Source: an uncultured Chloroflexia bacterium (lineage in GTDB: Bacteria; Chloroflexota; Dehalococcoidia; UBA2979). From it: a DNA stretch of 64,000 nucleotides. Under the pieces are notes generated by a model, which was not told the DNA's origin, ran no database searches, and worked only from the letters and a program-made list of their open reading frames with translations. Shown here one piece after another: positions 1 through 9,371 of the stretch (the first letter of the stretch is position 1; every line of letters starts with the position of its first letter). Location of the stretch: contig CAVSIV010000006.1 of assembly GCA_963728205.1 (NCBI GenBank), forward strand, positions 896,001 through 960,000, given 5' to 3'. The position numbers and the translations under genes are program-made.

Positions 1-1
1 C

Positions 2-439
2 GCGGATGTCGCGCAGCGCGCGGTAGATGCGCTCCTTCGTGATCTGGAACTCGGCCAGGATGCGAGCGGCGTCGCCCTCGCGCTCGTCCGAGATCGCGAT
101 CAGGAGGTGCTCGACGCCGACGTACTCGTCCTGCAGGCGGTCGGCCTCGGCGTTCGCGGCCTCGAGCATGCGCACGATGCGCGGCGTCGTGTAGATCTGG
201 ACGACGTCGTATTCGAGGCGCGGCGCCTTATCGAGCGTCGCCTTGATCGCGCGCGCCACGGCGTCGACGTCGATGCCCATCTTCGTGAGCACCTCGCGAG
301 CGAGCCCGTCCTTGAAGCGGACGAGCGCGAAGAGCACGTGCTCGACGTCCCACTGCGCGTGCCGCGACTCGCGGACGAGCTGCTGGGAGGCCTGCAGCAC
401 CTGCTGCGCCTGCTCGGTGAATCGGTCCTGTCTCATCAT
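2..439 (-). CDS. clpB: ClpB/ClpC-family AAA+ chaperone, N-terminal part (runs off window edge)
   Basis: Manual translation MMRQDRFTEQAQQVLQASQQLV...DVEHVLFAL...EADRLQDEYVGVEHLLIAI shows two Clp-N repeats; downstream of dnaJ-hspR. Confidence 0.85.
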   Translation of the reverse strand, partial: MMRQDRFTEQAQQVLQASQQLVRESRHAQWDVEHVLFALVRFKDGLAREVLTKMGIDVDAVARAIKATLDKAPRLEYDVVQIYTTPRIVRMLEAANAEADRLQDEYVGVEHLLIAISDEREGDAARILAEFQITKERIYRALRDIR

Positions 440-483
440 CTGGCGTGTCCTGCCTTCATCTGTTGTTCGGGGCGAACGGCGTG

Positions 484-849
484 TCAGCTCGCCGGCTCGT
501 CGTGCCGGCCGCCGCGGAGGCGAGCGATCTCCTGCGTGGCCCGCTCGAGCTGCATGCGCAGCTCCTCGATTTGCCGGCCCATCCGCAGGATGACGTCGAC
601 GCCGGCGAGATTGACGCCCAGGTCGTTGACCAGGCGCACCACCTGCCGCAGCCGCTCGACGTCTTCGTGCGAGAAGAGCCGCGTGTTGCCGCCGGAGCGG
701 GCGGGCCGGATCAGGCCGACGCGCTCGTACTGGCGGATCGTCTGCTGGTGGAGCCCGACCATCCTCGACACGATCGAGATCTGGAACACGGGCTCGTCGC
801 GCGGGATGCCGTGCGCGTCGCGCCGGCGGGGGGTGCGCGGCTCGTTCAT
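484..849 (-). CDS. hspR: HspR-like MerR-family heat-shock repressor
   Basis: DEPVFQISIVSRMVGLHQQTIRQYERVGLIRPARSGGNTRLFS...GVNLAGV; ATGA overlap with dnaJ stop. Confidence 0.88.
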   Translation of the reverse strand: MNEPRTPRRRDAHGIPRDEPVFQISIVSRMVGLHQQTIRQYERVGLIRPARSGGNTRLFSHEDVERLRQVVRLVNDLGVNLAGVDVILRMGRQIEELRMQLERATQEIARLRGGRHDEPAS

Positions 850-1955
850 GCCGCACCCGCCTTCGAGCCGTCCTTCGACGCGCCGCCGGCGGCCGTGCGG
901 CGCAGCTCCTCGAGGAGCCGCCGCTGCTCGTCGCTCAGGCGCTCCGGCAGCACGAGGCGGACCTTCGCGTAGAGGTCGCCGAACCCGCCGCCGCGCTTCG
1001 GCATGCCCTGCCCGGCGAGGCGGAACACCTTGCCGGCCGGCGTGCCCGTCGGCAGGCGCAGCGCGAGCGCCTTGCCTTTCGGCGTCGGCACGTGCGCCTC
1101 GCCGCCGAGCGCCGCGTCCCACGCGGGGACGTCGACGTCGACGTGCAGGTCGTGGCCCTCGCGCCGGAAGCGCGGGTGCGGCGCGACGTGCACGCGCAGA
1201 AAGAGGTCGCCAGGGGCCGCGCCGTTTCCGCCCGGCTGGCCCTTGCCGGCGATGCGCACGCGCGTGCCGTCGTCGACGCCCGCCGGCACGTTCACCTCGA
1301 TGCGGCGCACCGGCGAGCCGATGCCGCTGCCGCGGCACGCGTGGCACGTCGCGCCCGCGAGCTGGCCCTGGCCGCCGCACACCACGCACGGCTGCTGGCC
1401 CTCGCGGATCTCGACGGTGCGCGTCGTGCCGCGGTAGGCGTCCTCGAGGCTGATGGTGACGTCGTGCTCGACGTCGGCGCCGCGACGCCGACCGGCGCCC
1501 GCGCCCGCGCCCGCGCCGCCGCGGCCGGCCGCGCGGCCAAAGAGCGTCTCGAAGATGCCGCCGCCGGCGCCCGGGCCGCCCGCGCCGCCGGCCGCGCGGC
1601 CGCCGAAGCCGAACAGGTCGCCCAGCCCGCCGAGGTCGCCCTGCTGCGCGCCGTTGCCGTCGAACGAGAAGGAGTAGCCCCCCGGCCCACCGCCGGCGCC
1701 CTGGCGGCGGCGCATCGCCTCGATCTCGTCGGCGTGCTGCCACTGGTCACCGTACTTGTCGTACTTCTTGCGGTTCTCGGGGTCCGCGAGCACCTCGTGC
1801 GCGCGATTGATCTCCTTGAAGCGCTCCTCGGCGCTCGCGTCGCCCGGGTTCACGTCCGGGTGGTACTTGCGGGCGAGCGCGCGGAACGCCTTCCGAATCT
1901 CCTTCTGGGAGGCGGTGCGCGGTACGCCCAGCACGTCGTAGTAGTTGGTGGCCAT
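846..1955 (-). CDS. dnaJ: DnaJ/CbpA-family co-chaperone
   Basis: J-domain with HPD (KYHPDVN), G/F-rich linker, two CxxCxGxG motifs, DnaJ C-terminal domain (GDLFLRV, GDLYAKV). Confidence 0.92.
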   Translation of the reverse strand: MATNYYDVLGVPRTASQKEIRKAFRALARKYHPDVNPGDASAEERFKEINRAHEVLADPENRKKYDKYGDQWQHADEIEAMRRRQGAGGGPGGYSFSFDGNGAQQGDLGGLGDLFGFGGRAAGGAGGPGAGGGIFETLFGRAAGRGGAGAGAGAGRRRGADVEHDVTISLEDAYRGTTRTVEIREGQQPCVVCGGQGQLAGATCHACRGSGIGSPVRRIEVNVPAGVDDGTRVRIAGKGQPGGNGAAPGDLFLRVHVAPHPRFRREGHDLHVDVDVPAWDAALGGEAHVPTPKGKALALRLPTGTPAGKVFRLAGQGMPKRGGGFGDLYAKVRLVLPERLSDEQRRLLEELRRTAAGGASKDGSKAGAA

Positions 1956-1961
1956 GCGCGT

Positions 1962-2031
1962 AGTATAGCCACTGGATCTGCGTCTGTCACGCGCAGATCT
2001 CTTGACCGCCCACAGAGTTCCGATCTAGCAT
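1962..2031. promoter_or_regulatory. Divergent sigma70-type promoters with central HAIR-like inverted repeat
   Basis: Minus strand: GTGACA(1990-1985)-17bp-TATACT(1967-1962), 6 nt from dnaJ ATG. Plus strand: TTGACC(2002)-18bp-TAGCAT(2026). IR GATCTGCG-N9-CGCAGATC at 1975-1999. Confidence 0.65.
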
Positions 2032-2112
2032 GCATTCCGGAAGTTCTTCACGCGGCGCCTCGCTTCGGCGGGGGCCGACGACGGACAGCCCAGGCAACAA
2101 GGGGGTATTCAC

Positions 2113-2571
2113 ATGGCAAACATCACCGTCCGCGATCCGTTCGAGATGACCGGCAACCTGCGCAACATGATGGACCGCCTCTTCGACGACACCTTCGGAC
2201 GCGTCGCCGCCCCGTTCCTCGAGGAGGGCACGCTCCCGGTCGATATGTTCGAGAAGGGCGGCAAGCTCGTCGTGCGCGCGTCGCTCCCCGGCTTCAAGGA
2301 AGACGAGATTGACGTCCAGGTCCACGAGGGCGTCCTCTCGATCACCGCGCGCAAGTCGCGCGAGCACGAGGAGCAGGGCGACCGCTGGTACCGTCGCGAG
2401 CGCTCGTACGGCTCGCTGAGCCGGCGCATCGCGCTCCCGGGGGTCGTGCGCGACGCCGAGGTGGACGCGACGCTCGACAACGGCGTGCTCACGCTCGCGA
2501 TGGCGTTGCCCGAGGCCGCGAAGCCGAAGCAGATCCAGGTCAAGAGCACCGGCACGAACGGCACGACGTAA
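2113..2571 (+). CDS. Small heat-shock protein (Hsp20/alpha-crystallin)
   Basis: PVDMFE...ASLPGFKEDEIDVQV...RERSYGSLSRRIALP...ATLDNGVLTL; RBS GGGGG upstream. Confidence 0.95.
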   Translation: MANITVRDPFEMTGNLRNMMDRLFDDTFGRVAAPFLEEGTLPVDMFEKGGKLVVRASLPGFKEDEIDVQVHEGVLSITARKSREHEEQGDRWYRRERSYGSLSRRIALPGVVRDAEVDATLDNGVLTLAMALPEAAKPKQIQVKSTGTNGTT

Positions 2572-2609
2572 CGCGGGAGCGGCATGAGCCGCCGGGTACC
2601 GAGTCGCAG

Positions 2610-2635
2610 GAGAGCCCCGGAGGACCGGGGCTCTC
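2610..2635 (+). terminator. GC-rich hairpin between convergent hsp20 and SARP genes
   Basis: GAGAGCCCCGG-AGGA-CCGGGGCTCTC perfect 11-bp stem. Confidence 0.6.
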
Positions 2636-2658
2636 GCCGTTTCAGTCCACTGCCAGGA

Positions 2659-3570
2659 TCAGTTCAGCAGCCCGATCGCTGCGAGCGCGGCACCGGCTGG
2701 GCCCGTGGCAGCGAGTGCGGAGAGGCCGCCGATCAGGCCCACGACCAGGCCCCTCACGGCCGCGGAACGGGTCGTCGCAGCCCTGGCATCGGCCCATGCG
2801 CGCTTCGTGCGCGTGCTGACGTCGCGGTCGACTTCAGCATGCATGGTGCGTTGCGCGACCCCGTACCAGGCACGTGCGCGTGCGAGTTGCCCCATCGCGC
2901 CGTGTGCTCTGATGAGCAGGCAATAGATGTCCTCCCGGCAGGGGTCGAGCTGGACGATGCGATGCGCGCAGTCGATCGCGCGCATGTAGTTGTGCGCCTC
3001 CATCGCCTCGGCCGCGACCCGCTCGAGGGCATAGAGGTACTGGTCGCGCAGGCGCTCGCGCGTCATGAGCGCCCAGTCCTCGTACACATCGTCGGGAAGG
3101 TAGTCGCCCCCGTAGAGCGCGACGGCCCGCCCAAAGGCCAGGCTCGCTTCGCCTGTCTGCCCCGCCGCCTCATGCGCCATCGCATCCCGCACGCACCGCT
3201 CGAACTCGTCCGCATCGAGCGTGACGTCCTCCCCCAGTGCGTAGACGCCGTGCCGCATGATCACCCAGTTCCGCGCCTCCCCGGACTCGCACTCCAGAGC
3301 GCGACGCAGGTAGTGAGCCGTGACCTTGAGCGACAGGAACGCGGCATCAGGAAGCGAATCCGGCCAGAGCATGTCCGCGATCGCCTCCTTGGACAGGCTC
3401 CGTTGCGGGCTCCCGGCAAGCACCTTCAGCAGGCTCAGCGACTTCGGACGAATCCTCTCCGTCACGTCGACGTCGCCGATCCGGACCGAGGTCTGACCCA
3501 GGAGCTTGAGATAGAGGCGAGGGAGCGGAACAGACACGAGGATCCACCCATCGTTGGGGCGATGATTCAT
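2659..3570 (-). CDS. SARP/AfsR-family transcriptional activator (OmpR-type wHTH + BTAD)
   Basis: LKLLGQ..., KEAIADMLWPD, LDADEFE, AVALYGGDYL, WALMTRERLR, LDPCREDIYCLLI; hydrophobic C-terminal tail. Confidence 0.88.
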   Translation of the reverse strand: MNHRPNDGWILVSVPLPRLYLKLLGQTSVRIGDVDVTERIRPKSLSLLKVLAGSPQRSLSKEAIADMLWPDSLPDAAFLSLKVTAHYLRRALECESGEARNWVIMRHGVYALGEDVTLDADEFERCVRDAMAHEAAGQTGEASLAFGRAVALYGGDYLPDDVYEDWALMTRERLRDQYLYALERVAAEAMEAHNYMRAIDCAHRIVQLDPCREDIYCLLIRAHGAMGQLARARAWYGVAQRTMHAEVDRDVSTRTKRAWADARAATTRSAAVRGLVVGLIGGLSALAATGPAGAALAAIGLLN

Positions 3571-3884
3571 GTGGATAACGCGGACGCCGCTACCGGCGAG
3601 ATATCGCCCGATCTCGAAGGCCGAGATCCGGGCGTCAGACTCTCAACTGGGGGATTCTAGGCCCCCTGGATTCCCGTCCGAATAAGGGAATCAGCAGAGC
3701 CCGTGAACGATCCATTTGAGACCCCTGCGCTACACGTTCGGGGGGCGCCCGCGTTGCAGCTCGCGCCGGGCGGGCGTGCTCCCGGTCGCGTCGGATGCGC
3801 CGAACCTCGAGCCGGCGGGCGGACCGCACGTGAGCGGAGCGTCGCCGCCGCGGACGGGCATCGAGCAGCGGCCTGCGGTCGCGG

Positions 3885-4943
3885 CTAGAGCACCGGGGTG
3901 CGGTGGCGGACGCTCGAGGTGAGGACCGCCGCAGTGAGGACCAGGTGACGAGTCGCCGTCAGCGTGTACTTGAACGGAACCCGCCACCAGCGACGGGCGC
4001 GCCGGTCTCTCTCAACCATCGAGCGGTAGGCCCAGAGCCAGGGCATCGCCGTCACGATGGGCCATGGTCGACGGCGGACGAGGGCGAAGAGTACGCCGGC
4101 AATCATCGCGTAGAAGCACGCCTGTTCGCGGGAGTAGAAGTAGCGTCCCCAGAGGGCTCGGCGCAGTTCCGGAAACTCGCGGACGAGCTTCGGCATGATC
4201 TGCGCGCGGATGGGCTCCATGAGCCACGCCACGAATGGCATGTTCGTGGCCTCGTGATAGACCACCGCCTCCGGCACGAACTGCGCGCGGTAGCCCGCGC
4301 GCTGTACGCGCCACGCGAGGTCGGTGTCCTCGCCGCCCACGGGTAACCCGAACGGGAACGTGCCGTAGGCCTCATTGAAGCCGCCGAGCGCCTCCACGAC
4401 GTCGCGTCGATAGAAGGCGTTCGCCGTGGCGTATACGAAGTCCTCGCGGGCGTGTGTGATCTGATGATGGAAGAATCCAGGGATACGATGCTCATTGTTA
4501 CGGGCGTGGATCGGTCCGGCGATCAGGCCAACTTCGTCTCGCAGGTGCGCGACTCCCGTCCGAACCCACCGCGCGGGAGGACGACAGTCGCTGTCGGTGA
4601 AGGCGAGGATTTCGCCGCGCGATCGCGCGATGCCGTAGTTCCGCGATGCGGCCGGTCCGCGGTTCTCCTTCCGATAGAACCTCACCGGGCACGGCGCCGA
4701 CGCCGAGATCCGCCTCACGACCTCCTCGGTGTCATCATCGGACGAGTTATCGACCACGATGATCTCGAGCCGATCCGGCGGATAGTCCTGCGCGACGAGA
4801 TCCGCGAGAGTATCGGCGAGAGGTACCGCGCGATTGTAGGTCGGAACGATCACCGACACCGCCGGCAGAGCGCACTCATCCGGGTCCGTGCTGCGCGCGC
4901 TTCCTGGATGCACTCGATGCTCCCACTTCGCCGGCTCGCACAC
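3885..4943 (-). CDS. Family 2 glycosyltransferase (start may be GTG 4913)
   Basis: VSVIVPTYNR, IIVVDN, GPAASRNYG, LAFTDSDC, GGEDTDLAWR. Confidence 0.92.
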   Translation of the reverse strand: MCEPAKWEHRVHPGSARSTDPDECALPAVSVIVPTYNRAVPLADTLADLVAQDYPPDRLEIIVVDNSSDDDTEEVVRRISASAPCPVRFYRKENRGPAASRNYGIARSRGEILAFTDSDCRPPARWVRTGVAHLRDEVGLIAGPIHARNNEHRIPGFFHHQITHAREDFVYATANAFYRRDVVEALGGFNEAYGTFPFGLPVGGEDTDLAWRVQRAGYRAQFVPEAVVYHEATNMPFVAWLMEPIRAQIMPKLVREFPELRRALWGRYFYSREQACFYAMIAGVLFALVRRRPWPIVTAMPWLWAYRSMVERDRRARRWWRVPFKYTLTATRHLVLTAAVLTSSVRHRTPVL

Positions 4944-4972
4944 CGCGCACCGTCGGACGCTAGGCGGGCCGG

Positions 4973-4987
4973 GTTAATCCGCGGTTA
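4973..4987 (-). promoter_or_regulatory. TAAC-N7-TAAC box 1
   Basis: Minus strand TAACcgcggatTAAC, then 10 bp, then TAGCGT. Confidence 0.7.
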
Positions 4988-5032
4988 GACCTGCCCGTCA
5001 CGCGGCTCGACGCAGGAACGGTCGCGGAACCG

Positions 5033-6830
5033 CTACAGGACGGGCCGTCCTGCACGGACGGATCCCCGCGCCAGGCCGACACACCAGGCAACCTGGGCCG
5101 CGGCGACGCGCGCTGCGCTCCGGGCCGACGGGCGCCAGCGGGATGGCCGCACACCGAACCGACGCCCGAGTTGCGCGAGCCATGGGACGGCGAGCACGAG
5201 CGGCCGCCGATCCCGCCGCAACGCAGCGGCCGCAGCCCCCAGCAGCATCAGGTCAAAGTTCCGTGTCTCGCGAGACGCGAAGACGCCCATCACGAGCCCG
5301 CCTCGCATCTCCGGCACGGTGCGGTACATGGTCGGCAGGCCGCTCGCCGCGCGCACCTGGTTCCAGAACCCGCCCGGCGACGGGAAGCGCCGCCCCACCG
5401 CGACCTGCTCGCTATAGCGCGACCGCCACCCGTGGCGCTGGAGCCGCCAGGCGAGCTCCGCGTCCCAGCCGATCGTCGCCTCGCCGCCACCCAGAGACGG
5501 ATCGAAGCCGCCGACCGCAGCCACGGCATCCCTGCGATGCGCCGTGTTCCAGACCGGGAAGAGGTCCAGGCGGGGGCGTTCGCGCCACTCGTGATCGGGC
5601 CGTGTGCCGGGCGTATCCAGGAACTTCGGGTGGCTCTCGGCGGCGGCGTAGACCGGGCCGCTCACCACCCCCGTGTCGGCGTCGAATCTCGCGTACGCAC
5701 GACTCCACCCAGTCCGCGGGAACCTCGCAGCGGTCATCCGTGTGGACGATGACGTCGGCGTCGGTCGCACGCATCGCCAGGTTCCGCGCGGAGGGTCCCT
5801 CGGCGGGAGAGGCGACAATGTCGCGGACGCGGCCCTGCGTGCGTTGCGCACACTGCTCGAGCGCGCCCGTCACGTCCGGGCGCCGTCCATCGTGGAGCAC
5901 GAGGATCTCCGTGCGATCGATCGGGAAGGTCTGCTGGAGCAGGGCGTCCAGGGACCGCGTCAGCCGCTCCCCCCCGGCGTGGGCGGACACGACAACCGCG
6001 ACCCGGGGATCGGGCGGCGGCGGCCCGCAGTCATCGCCGGGGCGTGGCGCCAGCTCCGCGACCAGCGTGTCCGCGGCGTTCGGCACGCGCGTCTCGGCAA
6101 CGCGCGCGAGGCGGCACCCCAGGTAGCGAGCGAGGGTCATCAGCTCGAAGTCGCGCAGGAGGCGGCGGCCCGCGACGCAGTCGATGCGCTCGGGAACGAA
6201 CCCGCACTCCAGCGCGAGCTCGGTCAGCTCGTCCCGGTGGTACTCGTGCACCGTGGGGAGCGGCGGTCGACCGAACGAGAAGGGCGGCGCGGCGTGGCGC
6301 AGCGAGAAGCGCCGACCGGCAACGGCGTTCAGCCGGTTCCCGAGCCTGCTCTGGTTGACCGTGGCGAGGAACACCCGTCCGCCGGACCGCAGGCCGCGGC
6401 GGAGCGCTCTGAGGAACTCGCGCTCACCGCGGGGCAGTGCCTCCAGCACGAATGGGACAACGATCGCCGCATACCGCTTCTCGATCGGTCCAGGATCCGA
6501 GAGCGTCGCCGCCGTCACGTCTCGCTCGACGCGCCCCAGCATGTCGTCGCTGAAGTGAGATCCGGGAAAGCGCCAGAGGGACAGGTCGAATCCGCGAGCG
6601 ACCAGCACGCTCGCCAGCAGCTCCCCACCGCCGATCAGCAGGACGGGACTACCCGGCGCGATGTGGCGCTCCAGGCGTCGCACGAGATCCGCGGCGAGCG
6701 GCAGCTCGTCGTTCAGGTGGTGGTATTCGCGCTCGGTGAGCGAGAGGCTGTCCAGCACGTCCTCGACGATGCGCAGGTAGCCGGGGCGTCGGGAGCGGTT
6801 CCGCCCCGGCGCCGCCTGCACGTCGGTCAC
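5033..6830 (-). pseudogene. Methyltransferase-like domain fused to GT2; frameshifted near 5686-5690 (pseudogene or assembly error)
   Basis: Frame of ORF 5412..7397 gives MTase-like region plus GPSARNLAMR..IVHTDDRC..WVESCVRE. GT2 continues as FDADTGVVSGP..WDAELAWRL..GSVRAGRPVL in frame of ORF 5033..5851. Confidence 0.75.
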
Positions 6831-8026
6831 GCGGGCCACGGCTGGAGCTCCACGCTGCGCAGGTCGCCGCCGTCTGCCATCGCAATCAGCAGCTGCTCGG
6901 TCACCGCGCCGATGCGATCGAGGCTGAACTGCATCGCCCACGCTCGACAGCGATCCGCGGTCCCCGGCCGGCGCGCGATCTCGATCGCCTCGATCACGGC
7001 ATCGGCCAGCTGCTGGGCGCGCAGCTCGCTGACCAGGTCGCCATACGTCTCGAGCGGCACCGTGACGCCGACGTCGGGGCTGCGCATGATCTCGCCCGGT
7101 CCGGCGGAGGAGCTGCAGACCACGGGGGTGCCGCAGGCGAGCGATTCGGTCACCACCATGCCAAAGGCCTCCTCGACCGAGGGGAGGACGGTCACGGCCG
7201 CGCGGCTGTACTCCATCGGCAGGGCCCGCAGCGCCCCCGCCCCCGGCACCTCGATGGCCGCGCGCGCCGCCGCCCCGGGCACGAGCGCCTCCATGCGCTC
7301 GAGCGTGTACACGTCGGAGCCGCGGTCGAAGCCGAGCCCGAACGGTCCGGCGAGCACCAGCGTCGCCCGCGGGCACCGGCGATGGATCTCGTTCCACGCG
7401 CGGAGCAGCAATGGCCCGCCCTTGCGCGGGTCGCCCAGGTCTCCGGTGAAGAGGACGCGCGGCGCCGACAGGTCCTTCGGCGCGGATGGGGTGAACGTCT
7501 CCGTGTTGACGGGCGGCGGCAGTGCCATGGCCGGCACGCCGTACGTCGCCTCCATCTCGCGCGCGCCGCCCGGCGTCAGCGCAGCGACCCGGTCGGCGTG
7601 GCGCATGAGCTGCTCGAAGACCAGGCGATCCACGCGCCCGGGCCAGCGGTGCGTCCGCAGCACCATGTGGAACAGGTACGGGAGGTCGAGCGCCCGCCGC
7701 AGCAGCGGTGCGGTCACGATGCCCGAGTAGCTCCAGAGGTGCGCCGCGTCGTAGTGCCCGCGCACCAGGTGCCAGGTCGCCTGGGTGCCGAACGCATACA
7801 GCCGCAGGAGCGGACCGTAGTTGTTGAGCACCGGGTGCACCGCCTGGCGCAGGTAGATCACGCGGACGGCGCCGTCATACGCGACGCGGCCGCGGCCCGG
7901 CTTCGAGGTGATGATGTCCACGTGGTGTCCGCGCGCCGCGAGGTAGCCGGTCAGGTCGTGGATGCAGCGTTCGACGCCGCGGCGCATGTACGGCCAGTAG
8001 GCGGGATAGGGATAGGCGATCCTCAC
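6827..8026 (-). CDS. Family 4 glycosyltransferase
   Basis: RGVERCIHDL..GHHVDIIT; RKGG; LPSVEEAFGMVVTESLACGTPVV. Confidence 0.92.
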   Translation of the reverse strand: MRIAYPYPAYWPYMRRGVERCIHDLTGYLAARGHHVDIITSKPGRGRVAYDGAVRVIYLRQAVHPVLNNYGPLLRLYAFGTQATWHLVRGHYDAAHLWSYSGIVTAPLLRRALDLPYLFHMVLRTHRWPGRVDRLVFEQLMRHADRVAALTPGGAREMEATYGVPAMALPPPVNTETFTPSAPKDLSAPRVLFTGDLGDPRKGGPLLLRAWNEIHRRCPRATLVLAGPFGLGFDRGSDVYTLERMEALVPGAAARAAIEVPGAGALRALPMEYSRAAVTVLPSVEEAFGMVVTESLACGTPVVCSSSAGPGEIMRSPDVGVTVPLETYGDLVSELRAQQLADAVIEAIEIARRPGTADRCRAWAMQFSLDRIGAVTEQLLIAMADGGDLRSVELQPWPA

Positions 8027-8086
8027 GATCTGGCTCCCCGTGCGCCTGCTGGCCGGAGCGGCGACGTGCCACGACGCCTGCGACGT

Positions 8087-9055
8087 CTACTTGAACGCGT
8101 GGAAGATGACCTTCGGGATGTTCCTGCGGAAGTTGGAATTGAGCAGGAAGCGCGACTGCTCCTCGACCCGCGAGAAGCGCGCGAGGTGCAGCCAGAGCTT
8201 GTACGTCAGCACGCTCGGCTGCCACCACACGTCGCCCTGGCCCGCCCAGCAGAACTGCGCGACCGCGTCCTGGCCGTGGTCGTCCAGATCGGGGTTGTAG
8301 ACGTCCCCGAACACCGCGAAGCCGCGCGTCACGGTAGAGATCGACTCCATCGCACGCAGCGGGTCGCGCAGGTGGATGAGCAGGTCGCTACAGAAGACCA
8401 TGTCGAACGTGCCCAGGCGCTCCGGGCTCACGTCGTAGACGCTGCACGTCTCGTACTGGACGTTCGAGCCGAGGACCTCCTTCGCGATGCGGAAGCCCTC
8501 ACCCTTCGTGATCTTCGGGACGTTCTCCTCCCACTTGTCCCACCACAGGCGCGGGACGTCGGTGCTGTGCGTGTCGGCGACGTCGATGGCAACGACATCC
8601 GCACCGCGCCGCTCGAACTCGAACGCCCAGAACCCGTCGAACGTGGCGACGTCGAGGACGCGCATCCCGGACATGTCCCGGGGCAGGTGGTAGTAGGGCA
8701 GCTGTTCGCGATGGTCGACGTAGCCGGGCGTGGTCACGCCATGCGGGAGCTCGAGCGTGTGGTACCAGTCATATCCGCTGATGCGCTCCAGGATCGCGCG
8801 GGCTTCGGGGGTCGCCGGCACGTTCATCGGCACCACCGGCTTCTCCGCGGGGAAGCCGGCGCGGTACATGTCCGCGCCCTTGTGCAGGCTCTGTTGCGAA
8901 CGCCGACGGGCGCGCGAGAGCGCGCGGAACGGAGCGCTTCCGAGCAGCGACTCCGCGATCGTGGCGTCGAGCCCCAGCCCAATGTCGACCGGCCCGAGGC
9001 TGAGGCGCGTTTCGCGCACCTTCCGCCGCAGTCGACCGTCCCTCACCATCGTCAT
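8087..9055 (-). CDS. Class I SAM-dependent methyltransferase (CmoB/DUF1698-like), paralog 1
   Basis: WYHTLELPHGVTTPG, RVLDVATFDGFWAFEFERRGA, FDMVFCSDLLIHLRDP; RBS GAGGAGG before ATG 9055. Confidence 0.88.
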   Translation of the reverse strand: MTMVRDGRLRRKVRETRLSLGPVDIGLGLDATIAESLLGSAPFRALSRARRRSQQSLHKGADMYRAGFPAEKPVVPMNVPATPEARAILERISGYDWYHTLELPHGVTTPGYVDHREQLPYYHLPRDMSGMRVLDVATFDGFWAFEFERRGADVVAIDVADTHSTDVPRLWWDKWEENVPKITKGEGFRIAKEVLGSNVQYETCSVYDVSPERLGTFDMVFCSDLLIHLRDPLRAMESISTVTRGFAVFGDVYNPDLDDHGQDAVAQFCWAGQGDVWWQPSVLTYKLWLHLARFSRVEEQSRFLLNSNFRRNIPKVIFHAFK

Positions 9056-9268
9056 GATGTCCTCCTCGTCGGCGAATCGATCGACCGGCACGACGGCCAC
9101 GAACGAGCATCGGCGCCGGGCCCGTTCGCCGGCCTGGCGTTCCGCCGGCAGTGGCGGACTTCCCCGGCCGGCGCAGAGCCTCCCGACACGGTGAGCAGGC
9201 GGGCTCCCGCAGCCCGCGTCTGCTGGAAGTGCCGGCGCGCTGATGGGCGGGATTCTCGGGCCGACGCA

Positions 9269-9283
9269 GTTAACCGCGAGTTA
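9269..9283 (-). promoter_or_regulatory. TAAC-N7-TAAC box 2
   Basis: Minus strand TAACtcgcggtTAAC, then 11 bp, then GAGAAT. Confidence 0.7.
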
Positions 9284-9371
9284 CGCCGGTCGGGTGCCGG
9301 CCGGCCCCCGGGCGCCGACGCGAACGCGTGGCCCACCCTCCGGGACTGTGGACGCGCGTCGCGGGACGCGC

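Noticed and set aside
107-1453. 448-aa plus-strand ORF and many other long Arg/Ala/Pro-rich ORFs across the window
   Set aside because: Antisense or alternate-frame shadows of real genes in high-GC DNA; no domain motifs.
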